Shown: positions 37,801 to 49,200 of the stretch, piece by piece
Position numbering within the stretch: the stretch's first letter is position 1
How the letters are laid out: each line of letters starts with the position of its first letter
Origin: a virus
Direction: 5' to 3' (one strand)
Virus record (IMG/VR): IMGVR_UViG_3300046657_000006
Coordinates: 8,866 to 72,865 of that record
Length of the DNA stretch: 64,000 nt
The notes under the pieces: generated by a model
Seen by the model: the letters and a program-made list of their open reading frames with translations, nothing else
Told to the model about the DNA's origin: nothing
The model's database searches: none
Program-made: the position numbers and the translations under genes

Positions 37801-39950
37801 GAGATGTTATCTCAGGCTATGGAATTGAGAGCAAGGGACGTAATCAGTCTGAGGATGCAGTGCGATTGGGAACCATTCGAAGCGAACTTAAACGTCTTTC
37901 GGTTAAAGAAGATATAGAGGCAGGAAAACGGTTAAGCCCTGCTGATAAATCCCGTCAAACGCAACTTCTGAAGCAGGAAGCAGAGCTTCAACGGCGGATT
38001 GATCAGCGGGATTTCAGTCCCACGCCGAAACGCGAAGCGCCCGTTTACAGTCGAGAGACGCAGAAGATTCAAGACCGCGTTCAGAAAATCAAATCTGAGT
38101 ATCAAGCAGAACTAGAACGTCAAAGTCCGTGGTATTGGTTGAAAAACCTTTCAGGGATTCGTAAGGCGGGGATGCTCTCAGGCTATCTTACTCATGTCCG
38201 TAATATTGCGGGCACGGGTGGGTATATTGGTTTTGATGAGGTTAGACGATTGCCGTCCGTAGTGGCCGACGCTGCGTTATCAAGCGTGACGGGGGTTCGG
38301 ACTACCACGCTCAGTCCATCTGCAATGTTAGATGGAGTGCTTCAAGCTGTGAAAGTTGGCGGGCGTGAAGCGAAAGAAATCCTGAAGCATGGCGCACCAA
38401 AAGAACAACTAGAAAAACAGCAACTTCAGGAAATCAACACAGGCGTAAAAGCAATTGATAAGACTTTCAATTTAGTCTTTCGTGCCATGTCTGCATCTGA
38501 CCGAGTTTTCTATCAGGGTGCTTTTAAGCGAAATCTAGTTGAACGTGCTCAAGCTCAAGCCAAAACCGAAGCGCGAACTAATAAATCCCTCGATTGGCGT
38601 ACCCGTGCTAAAGAACTAACTGAGAACCCGTCCAAGGAAATGGATGCTGACGCGAAACATGACGCCTTAGTTGCGACGTTCAACAATAACAATCGGCTTT
38701 CAGACGCTATCAAGCGTGGACGCGGAGCGTTGGGTGCTGGTGGCAATTTTGCGCTGGACTTAGTTCTACCTTTTGATCGGACGCCAACTAACGTGATTGC
38801 AAGGGTGATTGAGGCAAGTCCCGCAGGGTACTTTAAGAACGCAGGACAAGCGGCTAAGGCTTTTTGGAACCGTAGTTTCACTCCCGCAGAGCAGAGAGCG
38901 TTTGTAGAGACTTTCGGACGTGCGACCACGGGAACGGCGTTGACCGCTTTGGGATTTGCTCTGGCCGCCAAGGGGTTGCTGACTACAGATGATTATGGAA
39001 CCACCTACCTTGAAGTTCGAGGGCGGAAAATCAATCTGAGCGCGATTGCTCCACTGGGAACGCTATTGAGTGTCGGCGCGGGACTCCAAAAGCAACACGC
39101 CAAGGAAGATTCAACTAAGAGAAGTTACGCGGGAGCGGTTCTTAAACCTTTAGCTGATCAGCCATTATTAAAATCAAGTAGCCAAGTGTCTGATTTGGTG
39201 AAAGACCCGAACCGAAGCGCGGGGAAGTTTGTTGCTGGGCTAGCTTCTAGCTTCATTCCAATGAGCGGAGCGGTACGAACAGTAGGCGAAGCGATTGACC
39301 CCGCGCAGAAACGTTATCCCGACTCATCATTTTCAGAACAGTTCAAGCGCAATGTCCCTAAACTCAGAGAATCCCTTCCCGCAAGTCGCGTGAGACTTTT
39401 AGGTTCCGAAGTCAATAAGGCAACTCAAGAAGCTGAACGGCTAGGAGTTACCATCAAGGGAGCAGTAAAACAGCCTGACGAAACCTCGGAAGAATTTCAA
39501 AAACGTCAAGCGGTACAAAACGGAAACATCAAGGTTTTAATGGAAAACGTTATAGCTTTACCGGACTACGATAACGCCTCCGATGAGGACAAGACGAAGT
39601 GGCTGAAGCAAGCGTCTGAATATGCGTCTAAAGAAACTCTTGAAAGTCTTCCTGAAAAGCCAGAGAAGAAGGAAGAGAAACAATTTCCAATGCCGTCAGC
39701 GAGCGTGGGATTTGAAAGTACATACCCTGCCGATGGCCTCGCAAAATATGAGCGCATGTCTGAAGCGCAACGTGTTAAAGTAAGAGATTCAATGGCACAG
39801 AAAGCGTGGATATTAACGCATTCTACGGCTCTTTCAGACGAAGAAAAGGCAGCGTACAAAGAGAGGTTGGATAAGCTCGGAATCACGCCTCGTCCAGCGG
39901 GAGAAAGGCCGAGGACAACAACCCTCAGGCAGCAATTGATGGCACAGTAG
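34803..39950 (+). CDS. large ejection protein with N-terminal M15 (VanY-like) peptidase
   Basis: SGFRTAEQQ...SPHQEGRALDI...EPWHL; long helical body; LPFDRTPTNV motif. Confidence 0.75.
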   Translation: MDEDYGDVISAAMPTPAPKLTRTVRGAEKLKGVQPDLVNHWNKLQDEFSKAGLSPAIKSGFRTAEQQNSLHRRGYPTKGNDGYVNISPHQEGRALDISFSAAQKPKGREIIAAYAKANGLHVPSDEPWHLAIPKALKAQQDDYADVIGAAVPRAKTESTATADSYDEVVAAAAPKGKQPSITTALDKLTADVTNRTSNIKAPRPAHEGQPRASTVNLSSDELRVMKGEQPVDRQAYSRQQDAQARLSRMRDESYRERQAREAKDIAWRKANQPEIDRQTELYKQDIRKSGGNAVRWLTELGKKGAGQMLEVWPGDTARIHSEAAIRAAEEEGASRSQLSKGIQNIGAGFIGSAPELGAMALGIPAPAVFAGGGAIRSKSSDPLEVANVAEHGGATGLAYEIPGVGEGVKKVLSGSAATGLGTAAIDLASGATPKEALISGATNALMRGVPEAARMLKHGVPERPETISAQLEQRGYSLVPEGTPKPSIPRGFRTEKTQDGVVYFDPKRISREEIRNTPTQELLGHLEPKSESTTETVVARTPEGTEIQSSAVSPENVEKQAEVMQEQYPAAKIETGGNDLAEKVIAERVEPQRFQHLQFGEVEALPDQVGAGNGRLKVAEVANPEKVHYVKKADLRGRGNERMVPLKTEPQNISTAPPLKPETAAENAARIEDAKSQLSELSQKRGETIETPVAPNKSIDAADTSVEGLGATSPSTTAAKKASMAADRAELDLPELPPAERRSWQESLDKAKEKGTQNAGVLADEVLKRPRALNDTETAQLVLRAQEVKNEHSRVMKEIGAAKDIETIQAKRAEAEALEGEFDKLTQATKASGTEKGRNLASQKLTINQDFDLVSMVQRAKAARGRELRPEERAKIETQAKQIEELTAKLAEAEDRVKATSLQKEIDKVVRRGRRAETKATLDDEFADLRAQFAQARAEAPRVQASGLAGLDPEGKLTVLIGKMARNRVKAGTVQAEALVDEIYSAIKEHVEGVTPRDVRDVISGYGIESKGRNQSEDAVRLGTIRSELKRLSVKEDIEAGKRLSPADKSRQTQLLKQEAELQRRIDQRDFSPTPKREAPVYSRETQKIQDRVQKIKSEYQAELERQSPWYWLKNLSGIRKAGMLSGYLTHVRNIAGTGGYIGFDEVRRLPSVVADAALSSVTGVRTTTLSPSAMLDGVLQAVKVGGREAKEILKHGAPKEQLEKQQLQEINTGVKAIDKTFNLVFRAMSASDRVFYQGAFKRNLVERAQAQAKTEARTNKSLDWRTRAKELTENPSKEMDADAKHDALVATFNNNNRLSDAIKRGRGALGAGGNFALDLVLPFDRTPTNVIARVIEASPAGYFKNAGQAAKAFWNRSFTPAEQRAFVETFGRATTGTALTALGFALAAKGLLTTDDYGTTYLEVRGRKINLSAIAPLGTLLSVGAGLQKQHAKEDSTKRSYAGAVLKPLADQPLLKSSSQVSDLVKDPNRSAGKFVAGLASSFIPMSGAVRTVGEAIDPAQKRYPDSSFSEQFKRNVPKLRESLPASRVRLLGSEVNKATQEAERLGVTIKGAVKQPDETSEEFQKRQAVQNGNIKVLMENVIALPDYDNASDEDKTKWLKQASEYASKETLESLPEKPEKKEEKQFPMPSASVGFESTYPADGLAKYERMSEAQRVKVRDSMAQKAWILTHSTALSDEEKAAYKERLDKLGITPRPAGERPRTTTLRQQLMAQ

Positions 39951-39959
39951 GGAGAACTT

Positions 39960-40534
39960 ATGGCACAAAATAATTTCCGTAACTTTATATCGCCCGACTT
40001 CCAGGCCTCTCAACAGCCAATGATGGAGTGGATGCCGTGGGAGAACCAAGAACAGCAAGGGGCAGATTTAGGTTCGATTCTTGGGCAGTTAAAACCACAA
40101 GGCCAAGCTCCAGCAATGGGTAAAGGAGACATGATGGCAGGTGGCACACAAGGGAAGAATCCAATGATGGGTGCTGGAAGTGGCAAGAGTTCGCTATGAC
40201 CTTTATACCGGATACTAACGCAGGGGCGTGGTCGCAGCTTTTCATTCTCGGAGCTACTTGGCCCTCAACTACTATCACGATGACACGTGACGATGTTGTC
40301 GTGATTCCTGTTTCCGCTGCGTTATACATCTATTCTCCAGAAGGAGACTTACTGGAAACTTTTGCGGCGTCAATTAGCGGTGGGGGTGTAATGACAATCG
40401 GCCCCGTATCCGCCGCAACGACAGCGGCGTTTAGTTGGACTTACGGAAATTCCGTACTGAGGGTTACTGAAAGCGGGAGCGTGGTGACTGACCTCCTTGC
40501 TGGCAATGCGACGGTTCGCAATTACGCTGATTGA
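39960..40534 (+). CDS. two small virion-region ORFs (39960-40199, 40196-40534)
   Basis: Coupled ORFs; the second looks like a beta-sandwich. Confidence 0.55.
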
Positions 40535-41238
40535 TGAGTGATATTACTGTTAACATAACCCAAGGGCAGATTATCGTCGCGGAACTAAACCGGGGACAGT
40601 CGGGCTATTCCGGTCGTTCTGGATTCTCCGGTTATTCAGGGGCAAATCCCGGCGCTTCCGGCTACTCTGGGTACTCAGGGAAAAGCGGTTATTCAGGAAT
40701 CTCGGGTAAGTCGGGGTATTCCGGGGCGAGTGGTTTTTCAGGATACTCAGGACGGTCAGCATACTCAGGATATTCAGGAATTGCGACATCGGGATATTCC
40801 GGGTATTCCGGCACAAGTGGGTTTAGTGGTTACTCAGGGAAGTCAGGCTATAGCGGGATTTCGGGCTACAGTGGATATTCTGGGGCACTCGCAGGAACGC
40901 CAACAGTTTATGTCGCTCTGTTAACCCAAACGTCAACTAATGCTCCTGTTGCGACCGTATTGGTTAACACGCTTGGAAGTACGCCAAGCTGGGGTTATAC
41001 GAGTCAGGGTATTTACACTGCGACCGCGACAGGGGTTTTCACGGCGAACAAGACGGGAGTTTTCATGTCGCCGCTCCCGCATTTAAGTGCGACTGCGACC
41101 CAGATCGCAGAATACCAACACACTTCGGCAGACGTGATTACAATTCAAACTATGGCGCAAGATGGCACTAACAGTTTAAGTAGCCTCTCCAATGGGCGAT
41201 TGACTGATACAATGATACGCGTTGAGGTCTATCCGTGA
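40534..41238 (+). CDS. virion fibre/decoration protein with (SGX)n tract
   Basis: About 95-residue SGYSG/SGFSG tract, then a YVALLTQTSTNAPVATVL domain. Confidence 0.7.
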   Translation: MSDITVNITQGQIIVAELNRGQSGYSGRSGFSGYSGANPGASGYSGYSGKSGYSGISGKSGYSGASGFSGYSGRSAYSGYSGIATSGYSGYSGTSGFSGYSGKSGYSGISGYSGYSGALAGTPTVYVALLTQTSTNAPVATVLVNTLGSTPSWGYTSQGIYTATATGVFTANKTGVFMSPLPHLSATATQIAEYQHTSADVITIQTMAQDGTNSLSSLSNGRLTDTMIRVEVYP

Positions 41239-42490
41239 GCCTTACATCTTCAGTAATAATTCGTTCCGCATATATTCGCATTGGCGCGTGGCAGGGAGAT
41301 AGCGCCGAAATCAACGCACAGTACAATGCTGACTCTAACTTTGAGCAGATAGTATCTGAAGCGTTTCCTGCTCAATCTATGTGGGACATGCTTACCGGAG
41401 TAGAGAATGAAATTGCGACTGCGGTAGCAATGAACCAAGACAACACGCTGCGAGATAACATCTTCGACATTGCAACAGTTACCAGCGGTGGCCGTATCCC
41501 TTCAGTTGGTGACAGCTCATCTTCTGCCAAAATCATTGGAGTATGGGGACAAGTAAGACAGGCAAGCACAGGGATCGAGTTAACGCCCGGACTCCATGAA
41601 GATGAAATCAGAGCGATAGTGAATGGGCCGACAGGGCTGTTCAAGTCAACGCTTTATTCTTACGCATTGAGACCGCCAAGAATTTACAGCACCGTCAGCG
41701 ACCTTCAAATTGATGTTTGTGTGTTTAATTACGCAGCGCGAGCGGCAGCAATTGCGGCTAACGGAGCGTTGCTATTCCAGATGTGTCAGGACGCTTATTT
41801 CTACGGTTTAATGTCGAATCTTTCCAATGAAGATGCAAATTACACGGCGCTGGCGAGTCAATACAAACCGATGTATCAAGAGTGGCTGGCAAGCCAGCAA
41901 CCCCCTAGAGACGTGGTAGCAGAAGCGGCTGCATAATTATGGCACAAACGTACAGCATGGTTAGGGAGCAATGCGTGGAGGGAGTTATTCGTAACTCCAC
42001 GAATCCACCTCCGCTTGACAGAATCAGAGCAATCTTTGATGCGTCTTTCTTCGCTATAAATTCTCAGACCTCTGAAGCGTTCGCGGCACGGAACGACAAG
42101 CGCGAACTCTTGCGTGTTGTAGAGACTCTTACCTTTACGGCAGGAAGCGCGAGCGTTCCGACTGATACATTAAAGAAGTTTATAGCCGATGCTACGTTGA
42201 CAGTTGGAACAACAATCTACGGATTTAGAAAATATAATGATTACATCCGTGGTCACGATCCGAGACTTGGAGCATGGACGCAGATCGGAGAATCGCTTTT
42301 AGCTAATAAACCGCAAAACGCAGGAGTGTTGACAGGTAGCGCGAACTTCTCTTCGATACAATCTCCCGCTGTTCCAGCTACGGAAAGTGCAGACTTCGAC
42401 GCGCCGGAGGATTATTATCCAGACTTTATAGCCGCCATGACTGGCTATATTTTAGGGCAGACTATGGACGTGGCTGCGGAAACCGCATGA
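41235..42490 (+). CDS. two putative tail/adaptor proteins (41235-41936, 41939-42490)
   Basis: Position directly before the nozzle-sized gene. Confidence 0.55.
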
Positions 42491-42491
42491 A

Positions 42492-44555
42492 ATGGAAACT
42501 CTCTTATTTCCCCCAAATACCTACTGCCCCACAAGCCAGCGTAGCGGCGTTAGCGGCAATACTCTGCTCAGGATGTCCAATAAGATATTGGCGGGCATTG
42601 CACCTGATGTCTACCTAGAAGCGTACAAAGGCTCACTCAATCTTGACGAAGTAATTCCCACCCTTGATTTAACCGGAACCCTTACTGCTGGAGTTGACGA
42701 TCTGGAGATTGTTGGCTCAGGAACTCAGTTCACCACGGAACTTCGCAGCGGCCAGATGTTTTGGGCTGAAGACGATATGTTTATGGTGAACACCATCATA
42801 GACGACACTCACCTTACGGTTTACCGTGAGCCAACCACCGCTTTGGTTGCTGCAACGGGTGAACGAATGCCCGTGTTATTTGAAATTGCCCGTCAGCGTG
42901 GAACGTTGATACAAGGCAACGCTTATCAGTTGGACATGGGTTCAATTCTCGGCACGGGAACGGGCACGCTTAGAATCAACGGAGACGTTCTACAAGGCGA
43001 GTCGATGGTCTTTACTGGAGGGCCATTGATTGCGATCTTTGACCCTACCACGGGAGACTATGCGGTTTATGATGTGGGGTTCGACACCCCTACGGTTGCG
43101 CCTACTCTGACAGGTGTATCGGGCGGAACAAAAGGAATGGTTGCGGGCGAGTATTCCATTCGTCTCGTACCGTCAAGCACCATCACTGCGGGATACAGCA
43201 ATCCCGGCCCGCGAGCTAACGTGACCTTGGTGAACGCAAACGATCGCATTCAGGTAGACGTTAACGCTGTCGCAATGGACACGGCGGCAGGGCAAGACCA
43301 GTGGGATGTTTATGCGACCCAGTTAGGAACCAATGTCAATCAAGGCCCGTGGAACTTTGTGCGCAGCGTTCCGGCATCGGAAATAGTTGCGGGAATTTTC
43401 TTCATTGAATATCTGAATGCTGAGATATCTCGACAGGGTGAATTGGACTTCGATGCCGATCCGCCCCCTACTAAAGCGGGATTTTTAGCAATGCTGCAAG
43501 GTAATCCTCAGTGGGTCAGTTGTTTTGGGAAATGGAGCGGAAGCCCCGGCCCGTCATTAGTTCCCGCGAAGCCTCAAGACATAGAAGCCGCTCCCGCAAT
43601 CTGGAACGTTACATCGTCACCTCCTGAAGACATTATCGGGGTTGTTAGTTCGCTTGCTCGCTTATATTTCCTCTGCCCTCAGACGTTGCAGCAGGGCATT
43701 TATGCTCCCTCCGGCGATCCGCTTATCCCGCCAACCCAAATTAGGCCATATTGGTCAATGGGGTTCAGCAATCCTTATCAATTGATGTTTGCGCTGGGTG
43801 TTTTGATTGGTTACGCACAGGGAAATCCGGCACGATCCATCGCGGACGCGGAGACGGTGGACGCGCAGTTTCTTGGGGGAAACGTTGCAGAGGTCATTCA
43901 GGATTGGGTTGACGCGCATGTGATGGTAGCGCGTGACCCCGACCCACTTGTGAACGCTGCATGTTTTTTCCATTCTGCTAGTGCTCAGAATGCGGCAGGG
44001 TTTTGGACGACAGAAGTATTACTCTGGGGGTTTTCTCAGCAGGATTGGATAGGCTCGGTTCTACTAACAAGTGACGAACAGGATATGGTGGTAAGTGGAG
44101 TTGCTACCGTAGATAATGAGTTGTACTTCCTAGCCGGAGGGCGCGTGGGTGCAGATATTCAGTTTGACACTTTCAAGTGGAATGCCCGTGCTGGCGTTCC
44201 GGTGGACTACTACGAGGTGTGGGAATTACAGGCTGGCGGAATTTTAGACCATAACAAGTCAGTTAAAGCCGTGCGAACTTCTGGCAAGTTTACCAATGGG
44301 CAGTTGCAAGTTTACGGATTTGATAGTGCAACTCCCGAAGATTTGGCTAATCTTGAAGCGGGAACTAACGCTCAAGTAGCAATCAACTTAGGGACAACCA
44401 CAAACGTAGAAAACACCCCCCGCGTTAGAATCAACGTGCCCAATATGTTTACGTTCACTTGTCGAATCAGCGGAACCTACAACGGGACAGACGAGCAAGT
44501 TGATCGCACTAATGGAGCGGTGCTTGACTATATCGAGAGCGGGGTTCGCAGATGA
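42492..44555 (+). CDS. putative tail nozzle / DNA stabilization protein
   Basis: 687 aa, acidic and beta-rich, podoviral position. Confidence 0.6.
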   Translation: METLLFPPNTYCPTSQRSGVSGNTLLRMSNKILAGIAPDVYLEAYKGSLNLDEVIPTLDLTGTLTAGVDDLEIVGSGTQFTTELRSGQMFWAEDDMFMVNTIIDDTHLTVYREPTTALVAATGERMPVLFEIARQRGTLIQGNAYQLDMGSILGTGTGTLRINGDVLQGESMVFTGGPLIAIFDPTTGDYAVYDVGFDTPTVAPTLTGVSGGTKGMVAGEYSIRLVPSSTITAGYSNPGPRANVTLVNANDRIQVDVNAVAMDTAAGQDQWDVYATQLGTNVNQGPWNFVRSVPASEIVAGIFFIEYLNAEISRQGELDFDADPPPTKAGFLAMLQGNPQWVSCFGKWSGSPGPSLVPAKPQDIEAAPAIWNVTSSPPEDIIGVVSSLARLYFLCPQTLQQGIYAPSGDPLIPPTQIRPYWSMGFSNPYQLMFALGVLIGYAQGNPARSIADAETVDAQFLGGNVAEVIQDWVDAHVMVARDPDPLVNAACFFHSASAQNAAGFWTTEVLLWGFSQQDWIGSVLLTSDEQDMVVSGVATVDNELYFLAGGRVGADIQFDTFKWNARAGVPVDYYEVWELQAGGILDHNKSVKAVRTSGKFTNGQLQVYGFDSATPEDLANLEAGTNAQVAINLGTTTNVENTPRVRINVPNMFTFTCRISGTYNGTDEQVDRTNGAVLDYIESGVRR

Positions 44556-46126
44556 GTGAAATCGGAAGCGGGTTAGATAGCCCTGCGATTGAGCAAGACC
44601 CAAGTATCGCGCAATTGCAAGCTCAACAATCTACCGCAGGGTTTATCTCCAGCTTTCTTCCGGACACCGGATTCGTAGAAAGTCTTAACGCTCTTTCAGG
44701 GTTAGTTACCATCCAAGCAGGGACAAGTAGCCCCAACTACGCAATCGTAGTCAGTTCTGACGGTGTAAGCACTATTTCTATCGGGGTTCGCTACACAGCC
44801 AGTATTATTGAAACGTCAGCCCCGATTACAACATCAGACGCGAACGACACCATCTTGGTAGACACTAACGCGGGGCCAGTAACGATCACCTTACATTCTC
44901 CATTGACGGCCTTCGTTAAGACTTACACGTTTGTTAATATCGGATCGGGAACTATGACGATTGACGGTGGGGGTGCAAGTATCAGTGGGGCAGCGACACA
45001 ATCGACAGCAGTTCAGTGGACGGCCTTCACTCTTCAGCCTTACGCTTTGGGAGTTTACTGGGTGATTGTATGAGTTATTTTCCACCTTCATCATTAACTC
45101 AAAGTGGATCGTATAACGACCTCCTGAACAAGCCGTCACTAGGAACGGCCTCAACCCAGAATACGAATCAGTTCGCGACTGCCGCTCAGGGCACAGAAGC
45201 GCATACAGCACTACAGCCGTCAGACATAGGTACAACGGCAGGCAAGATACCTACCGTTCCCGTGCCGATGGCGTCAATGTCGTCTCCAGTAAAGGCCACG
45301 ATTGATGAAATCACGTCTATGGGTGGCGCGACATGGATTACCACGCTGGGGCGAAAGAGCGCATTAACTAACTCTATTACAGTGACCAACTCCGAAAAGT
45401 CCGTGGTGAACTTGGCTGTTCCCGCCAACAGTTTACGCGTTGGAGCGGTTTTTCACTTCCGCGCCTTTGGCAACTTCTCAATGCTGTTGAACCTCACCTC
45501 GACCTCGAAGGCGCAGATGCGGATTGGATCGGTAAGCCTGTTGGGCGCACTAGCGGCAGTAGTTACGGTAAATAACGCGAAAGGGCTATCCGGTTCAGCG
45601 CCATTTATGATTGAAGGCGACTGCACAGTGAAATCAATCGGCTCGGTGGGTCAGTTATCGGGTAGACTGTGTATGTGGGGCGCGATTATTGCTCCGTTCA
45701 ACGATGATATTAGTGTTCCATTGGCCGCGACGATCAACACGACTATTAACAATGTTTTGGAACTGACCTACCTCACTACTAACGCGGCGGCGAGCGCGGT
45801 CTTTGATGTAGCTTTTGTCGAGGGAGGGTGATATGGCGATTGATACCGCGATTAAACGCGCCAACATGATCGGTGAAATGATGGTGGCGGTTGACAAGCT
45901 CATGGAAGCGATTGGTGCGGCAGCGGCATTGCAAACCGAGATCGACTCAAACGCGGCTGACCTCGTATTCGTGGATGCTGACTTTGACGTAGACGGTCTA
46001 AGACATCTGGACGCAGCAGCTTTCACGGCAATTCTTGAGGAGTTGGACTTTACCGATCCATCGAAACTGGTAGGCTGGATTTATGCTAACGGCAAGCACG
46101 CAATCTTGAATAAGATTCGTCCTTAG
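44552..46126 (+). CDS. three tail/fibre-associated ORFs (44552-45073, 45070-45831, 45833-46126)
   Basis: ILVDTNAGPVTITL fibre motif; SGSYNDLLNKP and LGTAS...FATAAQG fibre motifs. Confidence 0.6.
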
Positions 46127-46128
46127 CA

Positions 46129-46229
46129 TGATAGAATAAAGAAGGCTGACCCGACGTGATCGAGCCAGCCCGACCCACAAAACCAAGACTACAAGGCGTC
46201 TCGGATCATGGATAGTCAAGATATTACCA
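46129..46229. promoter_or_regulatory. convergent-promoter, two-hairpin antisense cassette at the giant GT gene
   Basis: Plus TGATAGAAT and minus TGGTAATAT; GGCTGACCCGA/TCGAGCCAGCC and CCAAGAC/GTCTCGG. Confidence 0.6.
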
Positions 46230-49200
46230 CGTCACGCTTCAGCATTGTTATACCCACGTTCAGCAACGTTGAGGGGCTCCGACTCCTGCTCGCCAGTATT
46301 GTCGAATACACCAACCTCCAAGACGTTGAAATAATTTGCGTGGCAAATGGCGCAAACGAAGAGACCCGAACTATCTGCCATGAATTTCCGGTTCTGCTGA
46401 CGTGGCTAGATGAACCATGCGGGTACGCGGCAGCTACGAACCTAGGCGTCAAGCGAGCTTCCGGCGAGTACGTTTTACTCTTGAATGACGATACTCAGGT
46501 TCTTGACAGTCCCAAGAACCAGTGGCTTGAAACGCTCTGTACTCCCTTCTCCGATCCTAAAGTAGCCCTGACAGGGATTCACGAAATCTACAGCCACGAA
46601 ATCCGGCACAACTTTCCGCCGTTTTATTGTGTGATGATCCGGCGAGAGATGTTTGAGGTAATTGGCTATCTTGACGAATCTTTTATTTCATTTGCCGAAG
46701 ATTGCGATTTTGTGGCGCGACTGATTCGAGCAGGATACAAGTACGTGAATGTAGATGCTGACGCCGCGTACAAGGGACATCAAATGGTCGGGACTTTCCC
46801 TCTCTACCATGTTGGTTCAGTCACCGTGCATCAGAACCGTGAAGCCTATGAACAACAGGTGCAGAGGAATCTAACAATCTTGCGGGAGCGATATAAGAAA
46901 CTTCGATTGTTAGTGGCAATCCCCAACTACGGAACCGATAACATTGAGTACCTACAGCAAGTCGTAAACGAGTTGTGCTCATTCAAAGAATACGAAGTCA
47001 GCATAGTTATTCACAGCAGCGTACCGATGGTATTTGGGCATGAGCAAGTTACCGTTCAGTACCATGAAGCACCGCCCGATGGAGACTGGATAAACCTTGC
47101 ATGGGAATGCCGCAAGACGATTTATGAAAACCGCGATGCGTATGACCTGTTCCTTTACAATGAGAACGATCAACTTGTTACGGAGAGAAATATAGACGCC
47201 TTCCTGCGAGTGAGTGAAGTGCTACCCGAAGATAAAATTGCGGGATTCATTCGCTATGAAGACCACGAAGGCCAGAGATTCTACCCTGACTTTCACCGCA
47301 AATTTGTGTGGGATTCCAGTTCCGTGTTTCATGTTGGTGAATACGCTTTCGCTCACTTCACGAACCTGCATCAGGGGAGCTTTCTTGTTACTCGTAAACA
47401 GCTAGATCGAGCAATTGAGATAGCGGGTGAGAACGCCTTCTACAACATGCGCGGGAGAGTATGGAGCAGCCCTTACGATAGTCTAGCCAGAGTCTCCACT
47501 GACTTGTACGACACGGGTTTTGAGAAAGTAATTCCCGTTTCTCACTTTGATGACTTTCTCATTCACCATCTACCTGACAAGTATTACGGAGTCTACGACA
47601 CGAAATGCGATGATGTAGTTATGCCGATTATCAACTCAATGGTGAAGCGACCAAAGTACTCGATAGTCGTTCCCACTTTTCGACATTTATCCGATTGTCT
47701 CATTCCGTGCTGCGAGACGTTAAAGAAATACACCGACCTCTCAAACATGGAATGCGTAATTGTCGCCAATGGGTGCGGAGACGACGGCACGCGAGAATAT
47801 GTCGAATCTCTTGGCGAACCATTCCGCCTTATCTGGTTTGACGATGCCCAAGGCTTCACTCGTGCTACAAATGCTGGCATCCGTGAAGCGCGAGGGCAAT
47901 ATCTCGTGATGCTCAACAATGACGTTTATTTTACCGATCAGACCGTGAATGGCTGGCTGGATAAACTTCAATCTCTTTGGGACAAGGCAGAGAACCCTGC
48001 GGTAGTAGGAGCGTTGGTCGAGGACGTGTTTATCGGCAAGAAGTTTGTAGCGTTCTATCTCGCCATGACTTCACGAAAGGTTCTCGATAAAGTTGGACTC
48101 CTTGACGAGTCAGTATTTTCCTCTGGCGGCGAAGATGTGGATTGGTGTATTCGCGCACAGAATCTTGGCTATGAAATCATCGGCAATCAGACAGTCTACG
48201 ATGAGCACGGTGAGAAGCGATTTGCGATTGATTTTCCTATTCACCACTTAGGCGAGCAGACGGTTTTAGAGAACCCAAACTTCATGGAAGACTGGCAGAA
48301 GTCGAATGCTATTCTCACTGAGCGATACGGAACTCGCTATAGCATCGTCATTCCTACTTTTAATCACGTTGACGATCTACTGAGGCCGTGCATTGAAAGC
48401 ATCATTGAACACACTGATTTATCACGGGTTGAATGCTTGATAGTTGCGAACGGTTGTACCGATCAAACGCGAGAGTTTGTTGAGTCTCTGGGTCATCCAT
48501 TTAAACTTATTTGGGTTGATGAAAAGATCGGATTTACCAAGGCTACGAATTTAGGGATGAAGGCCGCTGAGGGTAAGTACATAATCTTCCTTAATAACGA
48601 CACGATCCTTAAAGGTGAGTGGATTCCAATTCTTGAGCAAGCGTTTATTGATCGTCCCGACTGTGGCGCTTCTGGGCCTCTCAAGTTTATTGGTGAAGAG
48701 GGTACGTCGAATGATTTTCTGATGTTCTTCTGCTGCATGATTTCGCGTGAGGCGATAGACAGGTGCGGCTACCTTGATGAAAGATTTGCTCCGGCTGGGG
48801 TCGAAGATGTTGATTACGGAATTCGCTTGCAACTTGCTGGCTACAAGCTCATTCAAGTGCCTGAAGGGGAAGCAATAGATCGTCGCACTGACCTCTCTAG
48901 TGGTTCATTTCCAATCGTCCACATGGGCAACGCTTCCTACGGTAAAGAAGAAGGCTGGCACGACATCCTGAAGCGGAACAATGAACTCTTAAAACAGAAG
49001 TTTCCCGAATACTTCAGTGGCATGAAGTGGCTAGAGACGGGAACGAACTGGTTTGAACTTCACAGGAAAATGAAAGAGATAGACCAACAAGTCTATTATG
49101 AGCTGTTTGAAGTCGATGTCTACAGCGTCCTGAAAGAAGAAGTCGCAGGCAAAACAATCATCGACATTGGGGGTAACAAGGGATACTTCTCAATCAAGTG

